From NCBI GenBank assembly GCA_964016885.1, contig OZ024764.1, positions 20,212,001-20,276,000 of the forward strand: a stretch of DNA of 64,000 nt. The letters are read 5' to 3'. Under the pieces are notes generated by a model. It was given only the letters and a program-made list of their open reading frames with translations, made no database searches and was not told where the DNA came from. Positions 22,855 to 37,458 of the stretch are shown here, piece by piece. Position 1 is the stretch's first letter. Each line of letters opens with the position of its first letter. This stretch comes from Eledone cirrhosa. Taxonomy: Eukaryota. The position numbers and the translations under genes are program-made.

Positions 22855-23689
22855 TTTGTTACTAAATACTAGATATTAGAGGGTCATGTTGTTCTAGATG
22901 TGCTGGAAGAGCCATTCCATCTCGTGAGGTTCACACCAGCAGCTAGCCACCTCAGCACCTATGGTGGTATATTTATTATATTATTTATTCTTTATCATTA
23001 ACATTACTATAAAAGATAATTATATATTTTTAGAGAAGAACCTTTTTGTTGTGACACCTACAGAACCACTTTAAAGTTTTTTTGTCGTGACACCTACACG
23101 ATCTCATTTGTTTCGGCCTGGATGTTGTGGGACCAACATAACTTTACATTGAAAGGGGCGGTGTGGATGGGGTGGAGGTGGTGGGACGGGGGTGTGTTTT
23201 GATAGAGATGCCTACTGACTGTAGATATATATATATATATGTATGTGTATATTTTAACTATTTAAAAACTATTTTTAAATGATTTAAAAAAAATAGTTTT
23301 AAGGGAACGTGACCCAACAGGTCCCGGGTGGTCTAGTTTGTTACTAAATACTAGATATTAGAGGGTCATGTTGTTCTAGATGTGCTGGAAGAGCCATTCC
23401 ATCTCGTGAGGTTCACACCAGCAGCTAGCCACCTCAGCACCTATGGTGGTATATTTATTATATTATTTATTCTTTATCATTAACGATAATTATATATTTT
23501 TAGAGAAGAACCTCTAATTTCATATGGCATGGGTTAGACGAGTTATCTTGTTGTAAGCAAGGCCAGGTCAGGTGATAACGTGTTGCTCCTACTGAACAAA
23601 TTTTGGTTTGGTTTCTACAGCTGGATGCCCTTCCTAGCACCAACCTCATTTACATTGAGTACTGGGTGCATGTTACCATCTCACCATCA

Positions 23690-26600
23690 GGACCACTTTA
23701 CAGTGTGGGCTGGGTGCTTTTTGTTGTGACACCTACATGACCACTTTACAGTGTGAGATGGGTGCTTTTTGTTGTGACACCTACATGACCACTTTACAGT
23801 GTGAACTGGGTGCTTTTTGTTGTGACACCTACAAGACCACTTTACAGTGTGGACTGGGTACTTTTTGTCATGACACCTACATAACCACTTTACAGTGTGA
23901 GCTGGGTGCTTTTTGTTGTGACACCTGCGACGCCAATGACATGTCGATATGTAAGACAAACTTTAAAAAACCCGACAACCACCTGATCACCTATAGATCA
24001 GGGGAGCACTCTAGTCAGTTAGATTTTATCCTCATCAGAGGACGTGACAGATGGACGGTCGTAAACACAAAAGCCTTCCCTAGTGAGGAATGTACCTCCC
24101 AACATAGCTTAGTTGTCAGCGACCTCACGGTCAGAACTAGACGAACCCGGAAACAGGGGCCAACCTGGAGAAGAAAGATCTGGAGGCTGAAAGACCCCTC
24201 AACCAGTAACAGATTTAAAGATATTTTACTCAACGCCTACGACAGTAAAGAAGAACAGATAGAGACATTTAATGTAGAAGAGAACTGGGAGTTCCTAAAA
24301 AATAATTTACTAGAGGCGACGGATGAGGTCTGTGGCTGGAGTAAGACCTCAAGCAGGAGGAGAGTGACTTAGTGGTGGAACAAGGTAGATGAAGCAGTTA
24401 AGGCCAAGAGACAGGCATGGAAAGAATGGAAGAACGGGGGGAGCAGGGTACATTACATAGAGACCAAGAGGGAAGCAGAGGATAGAAAATTCAAGCATGT
24501 TATGCAACGTGAGGACCAGAAACAGGAGGTATTCAAGATTGCGAGGCAGTGTGTCAGAGATAGTTGTGATGTCATTGGAGAGAAGTGTATCTGGAATGAT
24601 AAAGGTGAGCTTGCCCTCACAAGTGCTGAGAAGAAAGATGCATGGAAGAGTCATTATGATAGATTACTAAATGAGGAGAATGCTTGGGAAGAAGAGACCC
24701 TACCCCAAGTAGACCCTATAGAGGGACCAGCAGCAGCGTAGTAAGTAAGGCAATCAAAGATATGAAGATGGGGAAGGCAACCGGTCCATCAGGTATAGCT
24801 GCCGAGATGCTGAAGGCATCTGGGTCTGTAGGTCACACTATAACCACACGTATTGTTAACCAGGTAATACTAGAAGGTGCCATACCAAAAGATTGGTGCA
24901 GTAGCATCATTGTCAACTGCTACAAAGGTAAAGGCGATGCACTAGATAGAGGAAACTATAGAGGTATAAAGTTGATGGACCAGGTCATGAAAGTAATAGA
25001 AAGAGTTATAGCACAGCTGATTAGGGACCAGGTGAAAATAGACGAGATGCAATTTGGGTTTGAACCAGGAAGAGGCACCACTGATGCCCTTTTCCTTGTG
25101 AGGCAATTACAGGAAAAGTACCTAGCTAAAAGTAAGCCACTCTACTTGGCATTTGTCGACCTTGAGAAAGCCTTTGACAGAGTTCCATGTGCTGTAATCT
25201 GGTGGGCTCTTAGAAAACTAGGAGTAGATGAATGGCTTGTGAAAGTGGTACAAGCCATGTATAGGGGAGCAGTCAGCAAAGTTAGGATTAGCAATGAGTA
25301 TAGCGAGGAATTTAGCGTACAGGTTGGGGTCCACCAGGGCTCTGTTCTTAGCCCCCTCCTGTTCATCATAGTCCTGCAGGCAATAACGGAGGAGTTTAAG
25401 ACCAGTTGCCCATGGGCACTCCTGTATGCTGATGACCTCGCACTCATAGCTGAATCTATGGTAGAACTAGAGAATAAATTCCAAACTTGGAAGCAGGGAC
25501 TAGAAAGAAAGGGTCTCAAAGTCAACATGACAAAGACTAAGGTCCTTGTAAGTAGACAAGAAAACAGAACCCAGATCCCCTCAGGGAAATGGCCTTGCTC
25601 AGTATGTAAGAAAGGTGTAGGTAGGAACTCCATTCTCTGCCCCAAATGCAAACAATGGGTACACGAGATGTAGCGGGATCTCAGGAAGCTTAATTAAGAA
25701 TGTAGGATTCACATGCAGCAGCTGTGCTAAGACAGCAAGTAGCAAACAGCCACAGGAAACAAGTACCACCAATCTCTGGGAGGGCTCTGTAGAAAGAGTA
25801 GACAGCTTCTGCTACCTAGGTGACCGAATTAGCAGCGGAGGTGGGTGTTCAGAAAGTACAATAACTAGGGTAAGAACGGGATGGAAGAAGTTTAGGGAAC
25901 TACTACCACTGCTAGCTGCAAAAGGCTTCTCCCTCAGAATGAAAGGCAGACTGTATGATGCGTGTATCCGAACAGCAATGTTGCACGGTAGTGAGACCTG
26001 GGCGCTGAAGGTGGAAGATTTACGTAGATTAGAGAGAAAGGAAGCCTGCATGCTCCGATGGATGTGTAACAGTAATATACGTGAACGACAAAGCATAAAT
26101 GAATTGAGAGAGAGACTGAGCATAAGAGGAATCAAATGCTGTCTTCAGGAGAAGCGGTTGTGCTGGTATGGCCATGTGATGCATATGAAGGATGATAGCT
26201 GCATAAAAAGGTGCAGAGCACTAGAAGTCGATGGAAACCGCGGAGTGGGGAGACCCAAGATGACCTGGGATGAGGTGATAAAAGCCGACCTTACCCAATT
26301 AAAACCTCTCAAAGGCAATGACACACGACCGTGACTTCTGGCGTCACGCAGTAATACAGAGTACCCGACCTTCCATGGGTACAAGCTGAAGCATATAGAC
26401 AATATGCCCCCACCGCAAGGTGGTCGTGGAGGTGCCATGGCAAAAAAGCACCCAGCCCACACTGTAAAGTGGACATGTAGGCGCCACAGAAAAAGCACCC
26501 AGCACTCACTGTAAATGAGGTTGGTGTTAGGAAGGGCATCCAGCTGTAGAAAACAAGCCAGATCAGTTCCTGTATGAGCAAGGCATGGTCAGCCGACCAG

Positions 26601-27540
26601 ACACTGCCCACAACAGGACAACCCGTCTAACCCATGCTAGCGTGGAAGAACGGACGTAAAACGGTGATGATGATGACCTACATGACCACTTTACAGTGTA
26701 GACTGGGTACTTTTTGTTGTGACACCTACATGACTACTTTACAGTGTAGACTGGGTACTTTTTGTTGTGACACCTACATGACCACTTTACAGTGTGGACT
26801 GGGTGTTTTTTGTTGTGACACCTACATGACCACTTTACAGTGTAGACTGGGTACTTTTTGTTGTGACACCTACATGACCATTTTACAGTGTGGACTGGGT
26901 GTTTTTTGTTGTGACACCTACATGACCACTTTACAGTGTGGACTGGGTACTTTTTGTTGTGACACCTACATGACCACTTTACAGTGTAGACTGGGTACTT
27001 TTTGTTGTGATACCTACATGACCACTTTACAGTGTGGGCTGGGTACTTTTTGTTGTGACACCTACATGACCATTTTACAGTGTAGACTGGGTACTTTTTG
27101 TTGTGACACCTACATGACCACTTTACAGTGTGGACTGGGTGTTTTATGTTGTGACACCTACATGACCACTTTACAGTGTGGACTGGGTACTTTTTTTTGT
27201 GACACCTACATGACCACTTTACAGTGTGGACTGGGTACTTTTTGTTGTGACACCTACATGACCACTTTATAGTGTGGGCTGGTTTCTTTTTGTCATATCA
27301 CCTACATACCACCTTATAGTGTTGGCTGTGTGTTCTTTGCAGTGTGGGCTGGTTTCTTTTTGTCATATCACCTACATGACCACCTTATAGTGTTGGCTTT
27401 GTGTACTTTGCAGTGTGGGCTGCTTTCTTTTTGTCATATCACCTACATGACCACCTTATAATGTTGGCTGTGTGTTCTCTACAGTGTGGGTTGGGTGCTT
27501 TTTGTCATATCTCCTACCCAACCACTTTGCAGTGTGGGCA
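23690..27540 (-). repeat. 48-bp minisatellite array split by the RTE insertion (23690-23926 and 26676-27540)
   Basis: About 5 copies before the insertion and about 12 after it, then ~71-bp variants. Confidence 0.9.
23927..26675 (+). mobile_element. 5'-truncated RTE LINE (EN C-terminus, RT, PHD-like insert, 3' UTR, (GAT)n tail) with several disablements
   Basis: ORF pieces ~23927-24372, 24502-24741, ~24740-25673 (DLEKAFD, HQGSVLSP, YADD) and 25939-26334. Inserted into the 48-bp array at gacacct|acatg. Confidence 0.93.
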
Positions 27541-28349
27541 GTGAAATATCAGTAATCAGAAGAAGGGAGGTAGGCATAAAAGCCAAACTTGCTGTCTTCA
27601 ATTAGGTTTTTGTGCCAACCCTTACCTATGGTCACATATCTTGGGTAATGATCAAAAGAATATGATTGGGAATACAAATGGCAGATATGGGATTCCTCTG
27701 AAGGGTCTTTGAAGGAACTTTTCTCAATAAAGTGCATAGCTCTGAGATCAGAGAGTCACTCCAGGTGGAGCTGTTACTTCTCCGAATTGAGAGATCACAG
27801 CTGCAATACTATGGCCATGTGGTTAGAATGTCTGAGGAAAGAATCACTGGATAGATTTTACAGGCTAAACTAACCGGCAGGAGACCCAGGGGTAGACCTG
27901 AGCAAGATGGTCACATAACATCCATGAGCTTGGCTGGTCTCTCTGTGAGATCCAGCCAGATCAGTTGGAGTGGGTTGTTTCTGACAGGACCTGTTGAAGG
28001 GAGTGTTTGAGGATTCTGCCCCCAAGACCCTCTCTGGAATAAGTGGGTTAATAAGAAGAGGTTGAGGTTACATAATCAACATCAGATTTCCCTGCTAGCA
28101 AGGGTTTAATGAGTCTACTTCAACCAAGTAAGTACTGAAGTGAGGCTACTGATCTCTAGACAGACCAAGGATCTGAGACTTATTTACATAAGGTCTCATT
28201 TGCTACTGAGTGCACAGAAAAGGGTGTCATGTCTTTGTCATGATTGAAGGGTTCACCGACACTATTGTTGGGCAAGCTTTCTATGGCTAGATGTCCTTCA
28301 CATGACCAACCACATTACAGCCTGTGTTGGGTGTGTTTGTCATGTAGGT

Positions 28350-29821
28350 GAGACATAACAAACTGAGGGTTCCCCAAGGTCCACATAGGTCACGTGTTGT
28401 CTGAGGGTTGCACACTACAACTAATTATGTACACGACAACTAATTAAAGTCATTTAATAAAATATATTGCAGAAAGATTTGTTACTTAAATTTAGAAACA
28501 TACAATGTACATACAAATGTTTTAGCAGCATTCATGAATACAAAGTAATGAAGTAGTTTGACAAAAAACTAAAATTTAACATGTCAACATATACTTGCAG
28601 ATTGTAACAGCAACAAATACATTGTACACAAATAACAACAGTTGAAAACTGAACATTTATTTGCTACTATTCAACCATTTTTAGTCTTTTGTCCTGAGGC
28701 TTGACACTTCTTTCTGTTGACTATTTTTGGTATATCTGGCTGAAGTGTCTGTACAGTTCCAACTTTGATCAGATGACAAGTGTTGATCAGTCAGCCTTGT
28801 TCTCTGAGAAGTTTTTGTTAAGCTAAGTACAGACTCAGTATGGGCAGTGATTTTCAGCTCTTTGCACATAAGAAAATGAATTACATTTTCATCTGACAAC
28901 GGAGACTTCCATAAGCTAAGTTTTCTAATGAAGAACTTGATGTTATCATACAACTGAGTGATGGGTTTGTTTTTACCTTGTAATTTCAAATTAAGATCAG
29001 TTAATTGTGCAGTAATATCCACAACAAAAGCCAGATGTTGGAGCCAGTCTCTTCAATAGCAATAGAAACATGTTCAAACCTTGATGATACAGCCTTTAAC
29101 TGTTGTTTCAGATCACCTGACATTTCATTAATCTGTTCAGCAACAGTGTTCCTGGTTAATGAAATGTCTTTGAATAACTCTGCTTTCTCTGGACAATTTC
29201 AGCTGTTTTTACAAGACATTGCTTTACAAAATCTCCTTCACTGTAAGATTTCCCACTCATGGCAATCATTCGACTGAGTTCATAGCTTGCAGTAACGGAA
29301 ATGACATTCTCTTCCTGAATTAACATAAAACAGGTCTATTGCTGTGTCAAGTTAGACTTCAATTCCTTGAGTCTTGAAACACACATTGGGCCTTCATATT
29401 TATCGTAAGATCGAGGGTTTGTTTCATAATGTCTTTTTAAATTGTACTCTTTTGTCGTGGAGATGTAGTTGTTGCAAATTAAACAGTGTATCTTTCTGTT
29501 CACCGTTGGGCAAAAATACTATAATTCCCACTTTTCTTGAAACACTTGCCCTTCTTCGTTCACTTTCCTTTTTCTCTTAGCTGGAGGAGCACTAACCATT
29601 TCAAAAACAAAAACTTTTGAAATTTTGAAAGAAAGTTTTCTGTTAATGAGCTGCACGTGATTAATGGAAGTTAAAAATAGTTGACAAAAATTGCAAAAAA
29701 AAATAATTGTATCGAAAATGTTTTAAATTTTATATTACGAAAATGAAACATGCTCGCACTGTAAAAACCTTTGTGTGCGCCGCAGGTTTGCTTGCAAAGG
29801 GCCGCATGTTTGACATGTCTG
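28350..29821 (-). mobile_element. hAT Buster/SPIN-type element with two internal deletions
   Basis: Imperfect TIRs gagacataacaaac / gtttgacatgtctg. 8-bp TSD atgtaggt at 28342-28349 and 29822-29829. Confidence 0.9.
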
Positions 29822-31810
29822 ATGTAGGTTACCAACACTAGGGAGGGCAGCATGTCCTTAAGTGTGTTCTGCTACATTAACTACCAGGAGGTCACCACAT
29901 GAGACAAAGACTACATTTCAAAGAAGGGTCATAAAAGAACTAAATACGAAAGTACCCACAGCAACAAGCAAATAATTGAGCTTTGGGTCTAGGTCAAGGG
30001 GCAGAAGTGCTGTACTCTGTGGATAAGACTGCAAAAGTATTCGCCCCGGGCGATGGACAGTGACACCCACTGCAACAGCCACCCCAACCTCATGGGACTC
30101 CCTCTTCAGAAGGGCCACCAACGTTCTGATCTTACAGAGGAGCTTGGCAGTACGGGGTCCAAGTACTTCTGAGGTCTCGATGGTGACCGGTGTGAAGAGA
30201 CCTACAAATGATGTCATCCCAGTTATGTTGGACTGTAATATACTGGGGTATAGAGAGGCCTTAACCTGTCTCAGCCGGGCCACCCAGGGTTGTGTCATCT
30301 AGGTACTAGACAGGGGTGACTAGACCATGTTGTCAACTGTCAGCACCAATAGGAGTGAGGCGAGTGGGTCCCCTTGCTAGACACCATATATAAAACGTAT
30401 TTGCTAATTACTTTAGTGAATGATTTGTTTCATACGTAATTATTACTTTTAACACAATAGGATTTTGTACACGTGTTTGTTTGAAAACATCTTTCAAAGA
30501 AGTATGAGACAGTCTTTTGTAGTGTTTATTATAATAAATTACTGTATGTTGAGCTGTTTTAACTTCTCCACCTTCCATTATTTTATAATGTTTTTGTAAA
30601 AAAACGATATCTTTTTCATATATATATATGAAGGCGTGTGGCTGAGTGGTTAGAGAATTGTGAGGTTGTGAGTTCGATTCTCAGACTAGGCGATGCGTTA
30701 TATCCTTGAGCAAGACATTTTATTTCACGTTACTCCTTCCACCTGGAGTTGCAACCGATAGATAGTATTGGCAATTGTAAAGACCAATGGAAACATTGTT
30801 TCCTTGGTCCGATTTGACGAAAAGTCGATCATATAAAATATATATATATAGAGAGAGAGAAACACACAAACATACACTACTGTATTAAATATGTAAGGGG
30901 CGACAACTCTCGTTACATCCACCCTTCTTTTTGACATACGTTCTTTAGATACTTTGTACAATGGAACCTGCTTTATTTTGTGTCCTAAGTAGATTTCTGT
31001 TTAAGTATTTACGAGATTCACAATGATTCACGTAACCAAGTTACTTACATAGAGATATATTTCACATAGAATCACAACAAATGAAAATATTAAGTCAACA
31101 CTCTGTCAATCAGTCTCACATCACATGGGGTGCCGGAGTCTCCTTCTAATACTTTCTGAGACAGTCTTACCTCGAGTGATAGCAAGGCTAAGATGTTGGA
31201 ACTACCAAACACCCTCATATGTATCACCTGACACCTCGGTAAGGAGAGCTGCCAACGATAACAAGAACCTCGTTGTCAGGGACCTATCTCCTCCAAACTT
31301 CTCCAACACCACAGACTAGAATATTCAACTCTTTATTCCCTATCAAATATATTTCAGTCTAGTCATTTATCTTGTATCTTGTATATGTATTTTCAAAACT
31401 AACTGTCACATTTGTAAGACCCCAGTTAGTGATGTTTTTCTCTCCCTCCCACATCCTACATGCTGTAGTAAAAATGAGGGTCACTGCTTCCGTAGACGAA
31501 CGAAATAAAAGCTAAACTACCAGTAATTATCGGCAAAGTATTTATTCCAGTCTGTGATGTTTGAGAAGCTGGGCTGCTGACAACGAAGTTGTGGTCACTG
31601 TTTGCGGCTGGCTTTACCGAGATACCCGATGACTCTTGTGAGGGTACTTCGCTGTTCTGTCGGTTTAGCCCCCATATGACCCGATCTTACCGAAGTACCC
31701 GGTGATCTCTGTAAGAGTACTTAGCTGTTCTATTTTAATTACATTTACTGTTTTCACCTTTTTTTTTTTTATTACAAACTTTACATAATTTAATTCGGTA
31801 AAAATATTTT

Positions 31811-31954
31811 TACGTCACAAAAAAACTTGACCTTTGACATTGAAGCATGCGCAGTGGTGCAGTTGTCGACTTCCTGTCCACGTGTTAGTCTTCCTACAAC
31901 AACATTTAGAAAACATTTCTGTAAATACTAAACACCTGAGACTATAATGTAAGT
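31811..31954 (+). promoter_or_regulatory. Putative promoter, exon 1 and donor (U3)
   Basis: Same motif cluster (GCATGCGCA 31845, CACGTG 31879, GTAAGT 31949) plus an extra TGACCTTTGACA (DR1-like) at ~31828. Confidence 0.62.
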
Positions 31955-33059
31955 ATTATGTCTATTAATATTGTAGATTTAAGCTCACTTTTCACATCAC
32001 AAATATATATTTTATTGTTTGTTTCATTACTGGAAATATAAAATGTTATCGTAATTATCTATATTTTACCTACCTCTAATTAATTAAAGTGAAAACTTTT
32101 GTTGTTGCTGAAAAATAAATTAACAAAACTAAATATTTAAATATTCTAAAGGTCGTTTTTATATTATGTGATGATATAATTAATATATTTTATTACAATT
32201 GTATAAATTTACAGTAGAATAACGTTGTAAATATGTTTTAAATATATACATAAATAACATAAGTGTGTAAATAACATTATAAATTGCTGGCAATTCCTTG
32301 AGAAAGACATTACAAATATATTGTCTAAACTGTGTATAATAATATAATTTATTGAACAATAATGATAAAGGAAAGAAAATCACAGTGGGAGATGGCAATT
32401 GACCACCAAACGAGGTAAACATTTTCAACTTTCCCCTTTTTTTGCTTTGTCTGAGACAACTCAAAATATTCTTCAAGGAACTGGATTTTCCATTCGGTTG
32501 GATCGAACGGATTTTACCATTTATAATCTACGGAGAGGAAAAACAGATGTTCGGAGGAAAAAAGAATTGTTTGTGGCAACAACGTAGGGAACCAACCTGG
32601 AGCAATTGTATCACACAATTATACTTTCCTCCTTAACATACACTTACAATTTTTCAAAATCAAACCCCCCAAATTTAAAATATAAATAATTATAAATGGC
32701 GAGGAACCATCCCATCTCCCTCTTGAAATAACCTGAATCTATTTATAGTCAGGTGTGACTGAAAGGTCAATCCATACTTCCATTCTATTTCACAGAATTA
32801 GAAGCTTTGACCACTTGATAGAATTCAGGTCCAGTAATGTAATCATTCCGTAATTGTAAACATCTTGTATCACTATCATTCAGGTTTTGATTTTACTTAA
32901 GTCTTGCCCATGTTTTTTTTGTTTTTTTTCTTTTTGACACAAACTCACAATTTCGGTCTTTACTGCGGATTTACCCATGCGAACTATTACACAAACTCAC
33001 AGCCTTAGATTTTGTATTTCTAGCGTTTTTATTTTCCTTCTCTTTGCATGTTCAGTGCT

Positions 33060-34450
33060 CTTTCTCTCTCACCTGTCTATTCCTAAGCTTCTGTATCTGC
33101 TCAGGGTCAGCCCCTCTCACAGATTTCCATCCTGCCTCCAACGCTTCGACGACCTAATCTTCGAGAGACTCGAGTGTCTGGTCAATGTTAGTAAGTGTTC
33201 GTCCCTCTCTCTCCCCTGCTTCCTTTCCTCCACCCAAGCTTGCAGCATCCTCTCCTCTCCAACATGGACTAGTTCCAACAGGGAGTTGTGTGAAGCTCCC
33301 CAGCAATGGAGTGAGTTGGGCTTGTCTCTTCCTGAGAAGGTGGAGGACAGTCGAAGTCAGAGAACTTGGGACAGGATACGTTGGAATGCCACCTTCGACT
33401 CCCTCTTTGTCCTCTCAGATCAGTTTACAAGGTGCCGCTTACCATCTGCCAGCGCCAAATACTCCGGTGGCTGGGTCGATGCCTTACCCATGGCCAACGT
33501 TGGAGGCCTACTCAGCCTGGATGAACTTCGTGTCTCCATCACCCTCAGAGTGGGAGCTGACGTCTGCATGGGTTTGAGATGTGGCTAACTCCTCGACTCC
33601 ACAGGCCCCCACTGTCTTTCTTGCTGCCTGAATGCCGGCCACTTCGCCCGTCACACGGAGCTAAACTTTATTCTGAAGAGAGCTTTGGCCCGGGCAAACA
33701 TCCCCTCAGTCTTGGAACCATCTGGGTTGTCCAGAAGTGACGGCAAAAGACCTGACGGCCTTACCCTGTGCCCCTGGTCGAGAGGCAGGTGCTTAATCTG
33801 GGACGTCACTGTTAGTGACTCCTTTGCTCTTTCCCACATCCTTGATGCTGCGGTAAGGACGAGAGCCACAGCTTCGGCAGCCGAGCGGAGTAAGACCCTC
33901 AAATACTCTGATCTGTCGGCCAGCTACATTTTTCAGCCTGTGGCTTTCGAGACGTTTGGGGGAGTCGGGCCGCTGACTGCGAGGTTCCTTTCCTCACTGG
34001 CGGCTCGCCTTGTAGAGGTAACTGGCGAAATCGCGAGGGCGTTTGGCTGTTGCAGCACTTCAGCCTCGCCATCACCCGATGTAACACTGCCAGTGTGCTG
34101 GCTTGCCTCAAAACTCATTAGAGAGGTTTCCCAGTACCCCTCGTTGCTGTCTTTTGCTCTGGTGTTGGCTCCGTTGTCCGCCCCTTCCTTTACATTTTCT
34201 TTAATATTGCAACATTGAAGGAATTTATCTTTCATTGTATCATCCTTTATAGTGTTACCGAGGGATTTGTAATGTTATTTATATATTTAAAACATATTTC
34301 TTATGTTATTCTACTGTAAATTTATTTATATGCTCTCTGTTTATGTTTTCATTCTGAAGGAATTTATCCACTTGTGTTGATATAAGTGATGCTATGACTT
34401 TCCTCTAAGCATTGTGTCATTATATATGTTATTATAAACGTGAATAAATT
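33060..34450 (+). mobile_element. CRE-clade non-LTR retrotransposon 3' portion (CCHC finger, PD-(D/E)xK endonuclease, 3' UTR)
   Basis: IPKLLYLLR, C..CG*..D..G.HCLSC, RH..LN, EPSGL..DGKRPDG, WDVTV and FQPVAFETFG motifs. One stop and a frameshift near the end. Present only in U3. Confidence 0.85.
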
Positions 34451-34505
34451 GAATTTATAGTGTGATGATAGGCCACACCTCACACCCTAGGGGTTAACTA
34501 CACAC

Positions 34506-34708
34506 TTTGAGGCAAGCCAACACACTGGCAGCATTACAACGGGTGATGGTGAGGCTAAGGTGCTGAAATAACCAGGTACCCTCACGGGTATCACCTAACA
34601 CCTCATTAAGGTGAGGCTAAGGTGCTGAGATAACCAGGTACTCTTACGGATATCACCTGACACCTCAGTAAGGTGAGGCTACGGTGCTGAAATAACCAGG
34701 TACCCTCA
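34506..34708 (-). repeat. CRE ORF end plus 62-bp minisatellite (~2.5 copies)
   Basis: Same unit as 1083-1678. Confidence 0.85.
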
Positions 34709-36912
34709 CGGAAACTACTAGATTTGTAGAAAAAGTAGGGTGAAAGTATACAAAGAGATGTAGTTTCACAGATCTACTCACACCTCACGTTGGGTGAGAA
34801 TAATTATTTTTCTTAGAATTCTTGCTATACACCTTTTCCAGTATTTTTTCTCTGGACCCCTTAGATACTTGCAATAGACGTTTTATTTCCCAGTATTAGG
34901 ATTAGGGTTTCCATTTTCAGTAAGAATAGTCGATTACAAACATCTAAGAGGTCTAGAAATAAAATTAAGGAAAGATAATTATTTCCCAGCCAACTGGAGA
35001 AGTGTGTAGCTCTTCTAAACTCCGATAATCCTGTCTCCCACTTCTTTATCTACAAATCTAGTCGTTTCCTGCTACTTTGTTCCCTGGGGTATGCCTTAGT
35101 CTTTGACACCATCTATCTGTCTTACTACCTAACTAGCAAGAAGTCAATCTGTCTCATGTGCTCACCTGATTGGTAGGTTATTAGGTGGTTGGTAGGTTTC
35201 TTGAAGTGTTGCAAATGGTTAGTTCACTTGCATCACCAAATACAAGAAGCCTCACTCCTCCTTCATTTCTTGAGCCATAACCATGACCACCATGTACCCC
35301 AGTATATCCATCCTGGAACTGTCCAACATGACCATTCAAGTCCCCTGCTATTATAACTAGGTCTCTGTCATTGTGGTTTCTCTACTTATTCCTTTTCTAC
35401 ATATGGAGCAGGGCCACTTTCCTGAAGGGGTCAGGGTCTTCTCTCCTATCCATTAGCACTTTAGTTTTGGCTAAGTATATTCTCAGAACTTACCATTTCA
35501 AATTCTATATCTATAGCTGGTCATCTACATAGAGAAGTTTCCATAGACAGCCAGTCTTAAACCTCTCTGTTACGGCTTGGAGAACTATGATGAACAACAG
35601 TGGGCTAAGAACTAAACCATGATGAACTCCTACCTGTACCTTCAATTCCTCACTAAACACACTTTACTGACAGATTCTCACAAGCCATTCTTCTACACCT
35701 AGTTTCCTTAACCCTTTAGTATATAAACTGGCCATATCTGGCCAGAATTGTCTCATGTCTTTCTGTTCAAACTGGCCGTAACTGGTCACTTATACTTATG
35801 TTAAGGTATTGTTCTCAAAATACGTAACATCAAAATCTCATAGATTTGATAAAGCATTTACTGTGAAAATATAATAGTAAATATAGAGTAATGTGAATAC
35901 TAAAGGGTTAATCTAATGTCACTAATAACTACTTTTATCAGTCAGTTTAATCTACTACCACTAATAACTAACCTATGTTAGTCAGCACATTCTTCACCAA
36001 AGAAGGCCTTAGTATTTATTACAGTCCATTTATCAATATAGAAATATTATATGAAATTTGTACTGATGTATTACAAGTTTCTGAGTATCTTATAATGTTC
36101 TTTTATTATTTCAGAATACCAGAGGACATTAGCATTAAAGAGCATGTTACATCAGACATATCCTCAACATTAACCATTTCAAATGAAAGACACTACCCAT
36201 CATTTTCAAATAATTTTGAAAACACTCAACACTTTGAAGGGATTTAATAATATAACTAAATTTCTCAGTATTAAGCTGCTATTTGGAACATAACTTTGCA
36301 CAATTTCATGAAGTTACAATGGAAAGTTTTTAGATAAATATAAAGACTGGTATGAAAAGGATAAAACACTTTTATATCAGTTGTTTCATCAACACCATTA
36401 TTTAAAGACTAAAGGAAGCTGTTATACAGAACAGATACAACCTTGTTTATATAAATCTATGGGAGAAATACTGGAAAATATTTCTTGTAAACTCAATAAC
36501 ACTTCTATTCTTTGCTGTCTGGAATATGTAGAAGATACAAAATAAAGCTGAAGAAATTCACAAATTATTTTGTAAGATCTTCATATATTGACAAAGATCA
36601 TAGTAGATGGAACTACAGGAGTAGAAATATTTCCATTATTACAGGAATAACTAATCAAATAAAAACCAGAAAAATTAGATTCTTCACTGTCTGGAATATG
36701 TACAAGATGATTTTATATGTATATTAAACTTGAAGCGATCTACAAAACAGTTTGTATCATTTTTAAATATAAAGAAAGACCAAAGTTGATACAAATATAT
36801 CTGGAGGAATATATTTTAGGAATAATATTATAAACATAAAGAAGAAAAATATCCATATATTGCGAGGAGAAAAATATTAAAACTGAATTATGTGAGAAAC
36901 TGAGGTCATTGA

Positions 36913-37458
<546 letters not shown>

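Larger units (their letters stand above)
17876..31735 (+). repeat. Segmental duplication unit U2 (promoter present, ZNF exon deleted)
   Basis: Collinear with U1 until ~20125. Rejoins U1-equivalent position ~9528 at 21083, so no finger array is present. Confidence 0.9.

Noticed and set aside
26634-27272. 212-aa Cys-rich repeat ORF, and similarly 6838-7098, 53831-54247, 23687-23959 and 40463-40801
   Set aside because: By-products of minisatellite units divisible by three. Paralogous arrays contain stops.
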